From an uncultured Aminicenantes bacterium (GTDB taxonomy: Bacteria; Acidobacteriota; Aminicenantia; UBA2199), in the NCBI GenBank assembly GCA_965195285.1, contig CBDAFS010000041.1, forward strand, positions 24,585-88,584: a DNA stretch of 64,000 nt, given 5' to 3'. The stretch's first letter is position 1; the number at the start of each line of letters is the position of its first letter. The notes below the pieces were generated by a model, which saw only the letters and a program-made list of their open reading frames with translations, made no database searches and was not told the DNA's origin. Positions 18,020 through 27,301 of this stretch are shown here, in pieces. A program made the translations under genes and the position numbers.

Positions 18020-19279
18020 TTAAAAATAAAACCTGAATGATGTGTATACCATATCCGGGTAGGCGCCGAATTCAGAGTGGAGCAGGGGTGAATTCTCTTC
18101 AAGTGGGTTCGGAACATATTCGGGTTTTTTCCCCACTCCGATATAGGCCCCGGCAGCAATATAAATATTTTCGGCGATGTTGTATTCAACCTGAGGTGAA
18201 AATGAGAGGGACAAATCACTGAGATTGGCCAGCAGGAATCCGGTGGCGGTGATCAGCCCCGTGATCTGTTTGGTGATTCCCAGACCCAGATAGTGTTTTC
18301 CTAATAAATAAACCGCTCCGTCTCTGAATGCCGGTGAATCAAGGATGTTTAGATAGTTTTCGGCCTGATTTTCTCCGGCCGAACTGTAGTGGTATTCCAC
18401 AAATGTGTATACACCACCCCTGAAATTGAAATCAAGACCGAAAGAAGCTCTGAAGTACGGATCTTCCTTTTCCGGTTCCGAGTTGAAGAAATCCGGTGAC
18501 ACATAGGCCATCTCCAGCCAGATACTGGCGCCTCCGACTGCCCGTGACAGATCGAAACCGATCAGCAGGTTTTCTCTGAAGGACATCAGCAGCAGACTCA
18601 GGTCAGTCTTCAGCAGATAGGTCTTTCCCCTCAGGAAGAAGGCACTTTTATCGCCCCTGAAATCGTCACCGGCCACAAAGCCGATATCCAGTTCATCCAT
18701 CATGCCCAGCGGGATTCTCACCCTCAGGGCATCCACTCCGCGGCGTTCTTCGGTGTCCAGTTCGTTGAAGCTGAAGGGGGCTATAACATCTGTCGGATTG
18801 ATGATCCGGGCGCTTCCCCAGGCAATGGCCTGCCTCCCCAGAAAAATATCGCCGAATTTGAATTTAAGAGTAACATAAAAACGGTCCAGGTTTTGAAACA
18901 GCCCGAAACTTTCCGGAGTGATATCGGACCTGGGATAGATTTGAGAGGGAAAATCAGCAAACCGGTAGTCGAGCGGTTCGATTCCGAAGGAATAGATATC
19001 CTGATTGAAAAGACGTGAGTCCTGAATCCGGGGATAGATATCATAGGCCGTATGCAGCGAGAACCACTCGGCAGGTTTATACCTGATTTGAATCCGCAGC
19101 CGGTTATTGACCGCTCCCATATCCGGATCCTTCAGGCTTTCATCGCCCATCTGATAGCGGGGTTGAATAAGCAGGGTAGAAAAGTTTTTTACATAACCCG
19201 AAATTTCGAACGGATTTTCGGCTGAAGCAGGCAGGGCAATTAAAAGCAGGACAATCAGGATTTTCCAGGGACGTTGCAT
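18020..19279 (-). CDS. outer-membrane beta-barrel protein associated with LolCDE-like transporter
   Basis: signal peptide; LGRQAIAWG...NPTD..APF motif; C-terminal FRFYF. Confidence 0.7.
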   Translation of the reverse strand: MQRPWKILIVLLLIALPASAENPFEISGYVKNFSTLLIQPRYQMGDESLKDPDMGAVNNRLRIQIRYKPAEWFSLHTAYDIYPRIQDSRLFNQDIYSFGIEPLDYRFADFPSQIYPRSDITPESFGLFQNLDRFYVTLKFKFGDIFLGRQAIAWGSARIINPTDVIAPFSFNELDTEERRGVDALRVRIPLGMMDELDIGFVAGDDFRGDKSAFFLRGKTYLLKTDLSLLLMSFRENLLIGFDLSRAVGGASIWLEMAYVSPDFFNSEPEKEDPYFRASFGLDFNFRGGVYTFVEYHYSSAGENQAENYLNILDSPAFRDGAVYLLGKHYLGLGITKQITGLITATGFLLANLSDLSLSFSPQVEYNIAENIYIAAGAYIGVGKKPEYVPNPLEENSPLLHSEFGAYPDMVYTSFRFYF

Positions 19280-19289
19280 GTTGATCCGT

Positions 19290-19991
19290 CTATTTTTTGC
19301 GAATGTCCTCAGATATTTGACCGTCTTTCAGGGTGATCACCCGGGTGGCTTTTTCCATGACCATGGGGTCATGAGTGGAAAACAGAAAGGTCATTCCGGT
19401 GTTTTGATTCAGGGTGTGCATCATATCGATCAGGTTGGATCCGGTTTCCGAATCCAGATTGGCAGTCGGTTCATCAGCCAGAATAAGTGCTGGACGTGAG
19501 ACCATGGCCCGGGCGATGGCTACCCGCTGTTGTTGTCCGCCTGATAATTTGGGCGGGACTCGGCTCTCCATTTCAAGTAATCCTACCTGGTCCAGCATAT
19601 TCCTGACCCGTTCATGCCGTTCCTCTTTTTTTATCCCCTGCAGCATCATGATGTATTCAACATTTTCACGTACCGTGAGGACAGGGATAAGGTTGTAGGC
19701 CTGAAAAATAAATCCGATTTGATCCCGGCGAAAATCCGACAGCTGACGTCCGTTCATTTCAGATAGTGCATTTCCTTTCAACCATATTTTACCCGAGGTC
19801 GGGGTGTCCAATCCGGATATAATATTGAGCAGAGTGGTTTTTCCAGATCCGGAGGGTCCTACAATGGCCGTGAACTCACCGGGTCCTATGGTCAGATTGA
19901 CACCCCTGACCGCATGAACTTCCATGCCGTTATCCTGATAGGTTTTTTTCAGATCTTCTGTGATGATGATGAAATCATTTTGGCGATTCAT
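19290..19991 (-). CDS. ABC transporter ATP-binding protein (LolD/MacB-like)
   Basis: [16 protein letters not shown] and ADEPTANLD motifs. Confidence 0.95.
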   Translation of the reverse strand: MNRQNDFIIITEDLKKTYQDNGMEVHAVRGVNLTIGPGEFTAIVGPSGSGKTTLLNIISGLDTPTSGKIWLKGNALSEMNGRQLSDFRRDQIGFIFQAYNLIPVLTVRENVEYIMMLQGIKKEERHERVRNMLDQVGLLEMESRVPPKLSGGQQQRVAIARAMVSRPALILADEPTANLDSETGSNLIDMMHTLNQNTGMTFLFSTHDPMVMEKATRVITLKDGQISEDIRKK

Positions 19992-20005
19992 GGTTGTTCC
20001 TCCTG

Positions 20006-21238
20006 TTATAGGCTACGACGGATGGCATCGGTTATTGACATGCGGGATGCCACTATTGCCGGATATATTCCCACCAGCAGGGTAAAAGCAAACAGCCCTG
20101 CGGGATAGATAATGAATTGATAGATTTTCATGACCGGATAGAGTAAATCATTGAAGGTGGTACCGGCAAATTCAATTCCCCGGTAATCGATTCCGGTCTG
20201 GGCCATGATTCCGGTAATAATCAGGCTTATAATAATGCCGATGACCGCACTGATTATTCCCAGAGAACCGGATTCGGCCAGCATCAGTTTAAACACTCCC
20301 CAGGGACGTGTTCCCACTGCTCTGAGAATACCGAATTCAAAGAGACGCTCATAAAGGGACATAAACAGGGTATTGATAATCCCGAATATGACCACGATAA
20401 TCAGCAGGAATGCCAGTATAACTTTGAATGCCCCGGTCATCTCAAACATGGTTTTGAGTTGGGGCAATAACTCCTCCCAGCTGATTGCTTTATTACCGTG
20501 ATCGGAGAAGGTTTTCCAGAAAGGGAGATCTTCTTGGGAGGCATATTTTAATTGGCTGAATTTTATAGCGATTTCGTGGACTTGGTCCCCGATTCCCAGC
20601 ATCTGCTGGGCAACTGGCAGGCGGATAAAGGCCATACCCTGGTCCATCTCTTTGATGGAAAAATGGTATATCCCGGAGACCCGGAACATTTCCTGGGAGA
20701 GATCTCCGCTGTGAGCGGTTGATACGGTTGCCACCAGTCGATCACCCAGTCCAATTTCAAGTATTTCAGCCAGTTTGCTGCCGATGACAATATCACGGGG
20801 ATTGGCTTCGGAGAAAAAATTTCCCTCTTTGATAGCGTCATCGATCTTGGAAATGGCTCTTTCTCTCTGGGGATCGATTCCCACCAGCAGAACGGAATTC
20901 ACATTGGCCGGAGAGGTGATCATGGCCATGGCCAGGGTGCGAGGACTGTAGCCTTCCACCAGGGGATCGGTTTTCAGGCCTTTGATCACCTCTTCTGATT
21001 GGTTGACGGTTAGAGTCGTATCGCGACTGGTTTGAAAACCCTCCCGGTGAATCTGGGCCTCTCCGATAAATGAATCGGTTGCCGAACGGATGGCCACATC
21101 TTCCATGCCGATAATCAGGCCGTCATAGAAGATCAGGCAGGCCAGGCCGATACCGATGGCAATTCCGGCGATGATGGTACGCCGCTTGTTGCGCAGAACG
21201 TTTCTCCAGGCAAGTTTGATATAAAACCACATAGTCAT
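20006..21238 (-). CDS. ABC transporter permease (LolE/FtsX-like)
   Basis: LAWRNVLRNKRRT; ERLFEFGILRAVG; AAGGAG RBS. Confidence 0.9.
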   Translation of the reverse strand: MTMWFYIKLAWRNVLRNKRRTIIAGIAIGIGLACLIFYDGLIIGMEDVAIRSATDSFIGEAQIHREGFQTSRDTTLTVNQSEEVIKGLKTDPLVEGYSPRTLAMAMITSPANVNSVLLVGIDPQRERAISKIDDAIKEGNFFSEANPRDIVIGSKLAEILEIGLGDRLVATVSTAHSGDLSQEMFRVSGIYHFSIKEMDQGMAFIRLPVAQQMLGIGDQVHEIAIKFSQLKYASQEDLPFWKTFSDHGNKAISWEELLPQLKTMFEMTGAFKVILAFLLIIVVIFGIINTLFMSLYERLFEFGILRAVGTRPWGVFKLMLAESGSLGIISAVIGIIISLIITGIMAQTGIDYRGIEFAGTTFNDLLYPVMKIYQFIIYPAGLFAFTLLVGIYPAIVASRMSITDAIRRSL

Positions 21239-21245
21239 TTCTCCT

Positions 21246-22466
21246 TTAATGTATCCGCATCGATTTTGCAGCATCGGTCCGGGCTGCTTTTAAAGCCGGA
21301 AGGAATCCCACCACAAGTGACGATATCAGGATGGTAATAGCCGGGATATAGAAGCTGCGGGCATTGATTTCCGCCTTGAAGGTGTCGAAGGTCATGCCGC
21401 CATAGGAAAACTCCATGCCCATATTGATGCCGTGGGTTGTCAGAATGCTGTTGATGATCCAGGCCATACCGAAACCGATAATGATCGAAAAGAAAGCCAT
21501 GATGTTGACCTCGGTCATGACCAGTTTAACGATTTGACTGGGCCGGGTGCCGATGGCTTTCAGTACCCCATACTCACGGGTTCGTTCCAGAACCGACATT
21601 AAAACCGTGTTCAATACGCCGACTGCCACGATCAATACGATGATCACCAGCGAGATCCACATACCTTCCATATCCGCCTTCATGGCCAGGTAGAAGGACC
21701 GGGCAAATACCTGCCAGGGATTGACCGACAGTTCAGGTCTGTTTATTAATGTTGAAATGGTATCGGTCATCGGTTTTACCTTATTCAGATGACCGATGTT
21801 AATGGCAATTTCATGGATCCGGTTTCCCAGTACCAGCAATTCCTGGGCATCTTGTATGTGTAGATAGAATGATATGCGATCTGACATCAGGTCGCCGGAA
21901 TCGACCAGACCTACTATGGTGTAGCGATCGTTGGCAATTGAACCATCGGCTCCCTGGGAGACAATGACAATGTCGTCCCGGACATCGGCATTGAGTAATT
22001 TGGCCAGCTCTTTTCCCAGCAGAACCTGATGGTCGGCACGGTTGGAGAAGTATTGTCCCTGGGAGACCTTTTTATGAAACTGGGTGGTCATTTGTTCGCG
22101 GGTTGGGTCGATACCGATGATGCGAACGCCGGCACTTTTTTCCTTGACCGAGACCAGACCGGCCGAATACACCCGGGGTGCAAACGAATCGATTTCAGTC
22201 AGTGTCTGAAGCTGATTTTGAATGCCTGAATAATCATTGATGGTTTTGTAGAGGGATGGACGGTCCAGGTAATGTTGTTCATGGATCTGGATGTGACCGA
22301 AGTTGTGGCGGGTAAAGTTATCGATGATATGGTTGTAGCTCCCATCGGCCCAGCCGATAAACACAGCAGCCATCACAAATCCGCCGAACATGCTCAAAAT
22401 GGTGAGAATGGTCCGGCGCTTCTGCCGAAAAATGTTGCGGAAAGCGATTTTAAGCAGCATGATCAA
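21246..22466 (-). CDS. ABC transporter permease (LolE/FtsX-like)
   Basis: IAFRNIFRQKRRT; ERTREYGVLKAIG. Confidence 0.9.
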   Translation of the reverse strand: MIMLLKIAFRNIFRQKRRTILTILSMFGGFVMAAVFIGWADGSYNHIIDNFTRHNFGHIQIHEQHYLDRPSLYKTINDYSGIQNQLQTLTEIDSFAPRVYSAGLVSVKEKSAGVRIIGIDPTREQMTTQFHKKVSQGQYFSNRADHQVLLGKELAKLLNADVRDDIVIVSQGADGSIANDRYTIVGLVDSGDLMSDRISFYLHIQDAQELLVLGNRIHEIAINIGHLNKVKPMTDTISTLINRPELSVNPWQVFARSFYLAMKADMEGMWISLVIIVLIVAVGVLNTVLMSVLERTREYGVLKAIGTRPSQIVKLVMTEVNIMAFFSIIIGFGMAWIINSILTTHGINMGMEFSYGGMTFDTFKAEINARSFYIPAITILISSLVVGFLPALKAARTDAAKSMRIH

Positions 22467-23227
22467 ATCCTTGAGCGCAGGTTTCTCAGACTAAAGGTGT
22501 CGTCCGGAATCTTGATGTCAAAGCGGGCTTCAATGTAGCGGACAAGCGTCCTGTTTCCCTCTTTATGGGTCGATATGAGTTCCATGACCGATGGTATGGT
22601 TCGGTCATCAAATGTTTTTATGCCCCGATAAACCATTTCTCGCATTAACTTTCCTCTTTCATCATAATATTTCTGCCAGACTGGAAGATAGTCATTTTTC
22701 CTGACAGCGATGATAACATATCCCCAAACGATTGGACGGTCCTTTTTGGGAATGCATTTGATATATATTTCCCCCGGCTTCGGATCGTCTATAGCTGTCA
22801 TTTCAAAATGGTAATCCTTGAGAAAGGTATATTCTTTAACCAGGTCGTCGTTGGTGAAATCCGAACCCATCCAGGAGCTCATCATCATCGAGGGTGGAAT
22901 TTTCATGACTTTATTGGTCTTGGGAAGAAAGTTCCACATTTCGTTTCCGATACGTAGTGTGGTCATGCCCTGTTCCTTTTTGGGTTCAAGAATGCGGATA
23001 AATGTATTTTCCGCTCCCTTACTCCAGATATTGATCTTTAGTGTCCGTTTCCAGTGGGGAGTAACGATTTCCATTTCAACCAGGGCCATGCTGGAATCAC
23101 TGCGATAAAGTTCATCTACTCTTCTCAATATTTCGATCGCATCCTGGGTTTGACCTGCACCCAGGGACGCCGAAGATATGAAACTGAAGAGGATGAAACA
23201 CAATATAACTGCGATCGATGCTTTCAT
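22463..23227 (-). CDS. outer-membrane lipoprotein-sorting protein (LolA-like)
   Basis: WMGSDFTNDDL; C-terminal FSLRNL. Confidence 0.88.
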   Translation of the reverse strand: MKASIAVILCFILFSFISSASLGAGQTQDAIEILRRVDELYRSDSSMALVEMEIVTPHWKRTLKINIWSKGAENTFIRILEPKKEQGMTTLRIGNEMWNFLPKTNKVMKIPPSMMMSSWMGSDFTNDDLVKEYTFLKDYHFEMTAIDDPKPGEIYIKCIPKKDRPIVWGYVIIAVRKNDYLPVWQKYYDERGKLMREMVYRGIKTFDDRTIPSVMELISTHKEGNRTLVRYIEARFDIKIPDDTFSLRNLRSRI

Positions 23228-23294
23228 GATTTTTCTCCTTGTAGATAAAATAAATTGAAAGGCAATCCTGATTTATATTTTTTTGACATTTGTT

Positions 23295-23912
23295 TCATCT
23301 TATGGAAATTCCCTCCAGAACCATACGAACCATCTCTTTCATGGTTTTGTCAAAATCAATGGTTTTATCCAAGAGCCACTGGACCATGATGCCATCATTC
23401 ATGCCCAGAATTATTATAGCCATGTTCTTGGCATCCAGGTCTTTTCTGAAACTGCCTTCTCTGATTCCATCTTTTATCAGGTCCTCACACAATTTTCTGT
23501 AGGCCTGGTAAAAGATGTTCATTTCCTTGAACAGGATGTTTTTTGCCTGAATGTTTTTGATGCTCTCCGCCCAGAAATCAAATATCAATTCCATGAGTTG
23601 CCTGTTTTCGGGTAATTGCATGGTTCGGGTAAAGGCATCGAAAACCTGCTTGAGTTTTTCAATGGAGGGGAGAGAGGATAGCAGGATCTCTTCAAAATCA
23701 AACTCGAGTTCTTTTATGAAAAAGTAAAAGGAATTATTAATGATTTCATCTTTGGTTTCGAAATAATCATAGATAGTACCCTTCCCGGTTCCGGCAGCTT
23801 CGGCAATATCACTGATAGTTGTGCGGGAAAATCCCTTTTGGGCAAATAATTTGATGGCTGCCCTGATAATCAATTCCTTTTTTTCTTTTTTATCAACAAT
23901 TTTTGCGCTCAT
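23295..23912 (-). CDS. TetR/AcrR family regulator
   Basis: AAIKLFAQKGF..TTISDIAEAAGTGKGTIYDYFETKDEI. Confidence 0.93.
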   Translation of the reverse strand: MSAKIVDKKEKKELIIRAAIKLFAQKGFSRTTISDIAEAAGTGKGTIYDYFETKDEIINNSFYFFIKELEFDFEEILLSSLPSIEKLKQVFDAFTRTMQLPENRQLMELIFDFWAESIKNIQAKNILFKEMNIFYQAYRKLCEDLIKDGIREGSFRKDLDAKNMAIIILGMNDGIMVQWLLDKTIDFDKTMKEMVRMVLEGISIR

Positions 23913-23922
23913 TGTATTTATT

Positions 23923-23942
23923 ATGACCGACTGGTCGGTCAT
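23923..23942. promoter_or_regulatory. probable TetR operator
   Basis: ATGACCGAC-TG-GTCGGTCAT, 9-bp perfect arms just upstream of the TetR start. Confidence 0.75.
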
Positions 23943-24029
23943 TTATACCATTGTGATATTAAATGTGAAATATTTCAAGTGAAAATTGAAAAAAAATATA
24001 TTTATTAGAAAAAGAAAATAAAAAAAGGA

Positions 24030-24172
24030 GTGGACGTTGCTTGACAGTGTGACATTTTGTTTTTTATTTGATTTAGGGAAAGAATTTAAAAGAGTAGGGG
24101 AAACGCGCCTGGCAGGAGAACCATGGGTGGCACCGGGATTCTTAATGAATGCAAAATATAAGACCTGATCCC
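24030..24172 (+). repeat. spacer repeat with variant tRNA-Arg fragment (copy D) and reverse GGGATCAGGTCT motif
   Basis: GTGGACGTTGCTTGACAGTGTGACA...cgcgcctggcagg-agaaccatgggtgg-caccgggatt...agacctgatccc. Confidence 0.9.
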
Positions 24173-24220
24173 AATATTACAATATTAACTAAATGTCGAG
24201 ATCAGATAAAAATATTTATT

Positions 24221-25768
24221 TTAAACTCTTTTTGGAAGTTTTTGTCCTGATGGAGTCATAGCCAGACCCCCAAGAGCCGTACAACGTAGCTCTGATGGCA
24301 ACATTTTCCCGACTGAATATACGGCATCAATGGTTTCATCCAGAGGAATGGGATTTATATATCCGCCTAAAATAAGGTCAGCACAAACAAATGCCGAAGA
24401 GGCAGCTACTGCATTTCGGGTATGGCAGGGTATCTCACAGATCCCCTGGACAAGATCACAGACGGAACCCATTGTATTCTGAAAAGCGATGGCTGCAGAA
24501 TCACAGGCTTGTTTGGCATTTCCGCCTGCACTTTCGATAACAGCAGCTGCAGCCATGGCGCCGGCTGTTCCGATTTCCACCTGACATCCGGCAATTTCAG
24601 CAGCAAAAGTGGCTCGCCTGGCAACAATTAAACCGATAGCAGAGGCGGCAAACAAAGCCCGGGCTATTTGTTTGGGTTTCATTTTTTTTTCATCAGCCAG
24701 AGAGGTGATCACTCCGGGGATAGTTCCTGCCGAGCCTCCGGTTGGGGCCGCACAAACAATTCCCATACTGTTATTAATATGCATCACGGCCATAGCTCTG
24801 GCTGCAGCCCGAGTATGAAGACCGCCTATGGCAAGGCCCCCCATATTCTCCTTTCTGATTATTTCAGAAGCAGTCGGTTGCAGGAGCTGCATCTGGACAT
24901 TATTTATATCAAGTCCCCGGTATACGGATTCCTGCATGATTCTATACCGGTAAATCATCTCGTCAAGAGCACTTTTTTTTGATATTCCGAGAAGATTCGC
25001 TTCATAAACCAGAGCAATTTCTCCCAATGATTGAGCTTGTTTTTCGGCCGTGCGGATCATTTCGCGGGCACTTACAAACAATTCTTTGCCTTTTTTGACT
25101 TTGAAAACTGGAGAAGTTGTCCAAATTTTTTTGATCCCTTCTAATGAATCTATTTTAATTTTATCTTTTTGGGATATTCGATTTTCAAATCGAGCTACAA
25201 TAACTTTCTCATTTTTCTGATCAGAAATATCAGGAGAATCTATTAGACCAGCCATTTTTTTTATTCGTGATATCAATTTCCTGGAATCTTTGTGGCAAAT
25301 AATTACATATTCTACTGCTTTGCCAGAGAGGAGGACGTTATAACCATTGAGACGGGTAATTTTGATCATTCCTCCTCCGATTGATTGGGCTTCGACAGTG
25401 AGTTTTTGATTGCTTTTTCCGGTTATTTCTATCAGTACAAAGTTGGGATGACTGGCCTGTTTCAATTCGGATATCTTGAAATTAATTTTCCAGCCTTTTT
25501 TTTCTGCTATTTTAAGGGCCTGAAAAAAAAGATCATCCGTTAAGGATAAACCAAGAAGCCCGCTTATCAGAGCAAGATCAACACCCTGTTCCCGGAAAAC
25601 CCGGGCATAAGAACTGTCGGGATCAAAAGTAAATTCAATTGCTGTTGGATCCTCTTCAATCATAGAATAAACCAGTCGGCCGATATGATAGGATCCGGCT
25701 GTATGAGAACTTGAAGGTCCCCGCATTACCGGACCCATTACATCATTGAAGATACTGATAAATACCAT
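24221..25768 (-). CDS. Fe-S L-serine dehydratase, fused beta and alpha subunits
   Basis: GPVMRGPSSSHTAG (beta); CAAPTGGSAG, GCQVEIG, CDLVQGICEIPC and ELRCTALGGLA (alpha). Confidence 0.88.
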   Translation of the reverse strand: MVFISIFNDVMGPVMRGPSSSHTAGSYHIGRLVYSMIEEDPTAIEFTFDPDSSYARVFREQGVDLALISGLLGLSLTDDLFFQALKIAEKKGWKINFKISELKQASHPNFVLIEITGKSNQKLTVEAQSIGGGMIKITRLNGYNVLLSGKAVEYVIICHKDSRKLISRIKKMAGLIDSPDISDQKNEKVIVARFENRISQKDKIKIDSLEGIKKIWTTSPVFKVKKGKELFVSAREMIRTAEKQAQSLGEIALVYEANLLGISKKSALDEMIYRYRIMQESVYRGLDINNVQMQLLQPTASEIIRKENMGGLAIGGLHTRAAARAMAVMHINNSMGIVCAAPTGGSAGTIPGVITSLADEKKMKPKQIARALFAASAIGLIVARRATFAAEIAGCQVEIGTAGAMAAAAVIESAGGNAKQACDSAAIAFQNTMGSVCDLVQGICEIPCHTRNAVAASSAFVCADLILGGYINPIPLDETIDAVYSVGKMLPSELRCTALGGLAMTPSGQKLPKRV

Positions 25769-25827
25769 GCTTTTGCCCGATAACAAGTTATCACAAAAGG
25801 ATTAAAAAGGAAATTAGTAAAAAAATC

Positions 25828-25919
25828 GGGATCAGGTCTCTTCATGACAAAAAAATGAAAAAATGAAAAAATGAAAAAATGGGGACGAAAAAATGGGGAC
25901 GGTGCTTGACTATTTGACT
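25828..25919 (+). repeat. GGGATCAGGTCT and GGGGACGGTGCTTGAC boundary motifs with AAAAAATG stutter
   Basis: 25828-25839 is the exact inverse of 24161-24172. Confidence 0.75.
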
Positions 25920-26052
25920 TTTTCAAATCTTCTTCCTGCTTCTGAAAAAGAACCTGTAAAAAAGTGGGGTGGATGCTTTAAAACCTGTTAATATCGAATA
26001 TTATGATTAAATAATCAACGTTGAACCTTGAACATTGAATGTGGAACTTAAA

Positions 26053-26124
26053 CGCGCCTGGCAGGAAAACCATGGGTGGACCGGGATTAGGGATCCCGCG
26101 CTCTATCCTCTGAGCTACAGGCGC
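26053..26124 (-). pseudogene. tRNA-Arg(CCT) near-full-length copy with disrupted T-arm (copy E)
   Basis: acceptor, D and anticodon stems identical to 17738-17810; U33 changed to C; T-arm replaced by CCACCCATGGTTTT. Confidence 0.85.
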
Positions 26125-26257
26125 AAGGGGATATTATAGCAAAATTTCCCTTCCAAGTCACGGCAGGCATTACGAAATACTACCATTCTGGTAGCATATT
26201 GTGTTATAATAGCGGGAAGTTGTTTTGAAAATACCATTTTCGCCAGAGGAGGTTAGA

Positions 26258-26809
26258 ATGCTCAAAAGGATTTTTATTTTAATATTGATTGTGTTATTCA
26301 TTTTGGTCATGTTCTCTTGCAAGACCGGGAGTGATGTTGACAACCAGGATGATCAGGATACCGATCCGGTGATCGGGGTTTATCTCAATAACATTACCGT
26401 AAATTTCATTGAGAACGATCAAAACGGAGGCAGTTTTAACCTGGAATCTTTGAAGGGCAAAGTCATTATGCTGGTATTCAGTGCCATGTGGTGCAGCCCC
26501 TGCCGTACGGAGGCTTCAAAATTAATGGAATTGTACAATACCTATAAGGAAAGGGGACTGGAGGTTGTGCAGTGTATTTACCAGGATGAAGATTCCAATC
26601 CTGCTGACCTGAGTGATATCAAACGCTGGGTTCAGGAATTCAATATCGGTTTTATTGTGGTCAATGATCCGGACTATTCAACCGTTAACACCTATAATTT
26701 CAGTTCCATTCCTTTCAATGTCATCGTTGACCGGGACTTTATCATCAGATACCGGGTTTCCGGATTTAATGAACAGGCGGTTAAAAACGTTATCGAAGAC
26801 TATCTCTGA
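26258..26809 (+). CDS. TlpA-like thioredoxin-fold lipoprotein
   Basis: lipobox MFSC; AMWCSPC; IPFNVIVDR. Confidence 0.85.
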   Translation: MLKRIFILILIVLFILVMFSCKTGSDVDNQDDQDTDPVIGVYLNNITVNFIENDQNGGSFNLESLKGKVIMLVFSAMWCSPCRTEASKLMELYNTYKERGLEVVQCIYQDEDSNPADLSDIKRWVQEFNIGFIVVNDPDYSTVNTYNFSSIPFNVIVDRDFIIRYRVSGFNEQAVKNVIEDYL

Positions 26810-26811
26810 AA

Positions 26812-27300
26812 ATGAAAAGAATCGGTTTTTTCCTTCTGGTATTCTGGCTGTTTGGTTCTCAAATCCAGGCCGTGACTGTAACCGATTTCAGCCTGAAAAA
26901 AATGGATGGTGATTTTTTTAAACTAAGCGAGCACCTGGGCAGTAAGATCATTGTCATTGATTTCTGGGCCTTCTGGTGCAAACCCTGCAAGAAGTTGTTA
27001 AAACGATTGAACACCATCCAGAAACAATACCGGGGACAGGTTGAGGTACTGGCCATTTCAATAGATGAGGCCTCGGCTTTTTCCACGGTTGAGAGTTACA
27101 TCAAGGCCAGGAGATTTGAATTTACGGTGTTGTTTGATGCGGAAAACAAAGTGGCTCGCTTGTACAATCCCACCCTGAAAATCCCCTTTACCATGATTGT
27201 AGACTATCAGGGCAATATTGTCTATGTCCATACCGGGTACATTCCCGGAGTGGAAAGTGAGATTGAAGATAAAATAAAGAATATTCTCAGTTCAAAGTAA
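26812..27300 (+). CDS. TlpA family disulfide reductase
   Basis: DFWAFWCKPC; IPFTMIVD. Confidence 0.88.
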   Translation: MKRIGFFLLVFWLFGSQIQAVTVTDFSLKKMDGDFFKLSEHLGSKIIVIDFWAFWCKPCKKLLKRLNTIQKQYRGQVEVLAISIDEASAFSTVESYIKARRFEFTVLFDAENKVARLYNPTLKIPFTMIVDYQGNIVYVHTGYIPGVESEIEDKIKNILSSK

Positions 27301-27301
27301 C

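Noticed and set aside
13190-26124. CRISPR array or classical integron
   Set aside because: Repeats are kilobases apart and tRNA-derived; I saw no cas or intI gene and no attC-type RYYYAAC...GTTRRRY hairpins.
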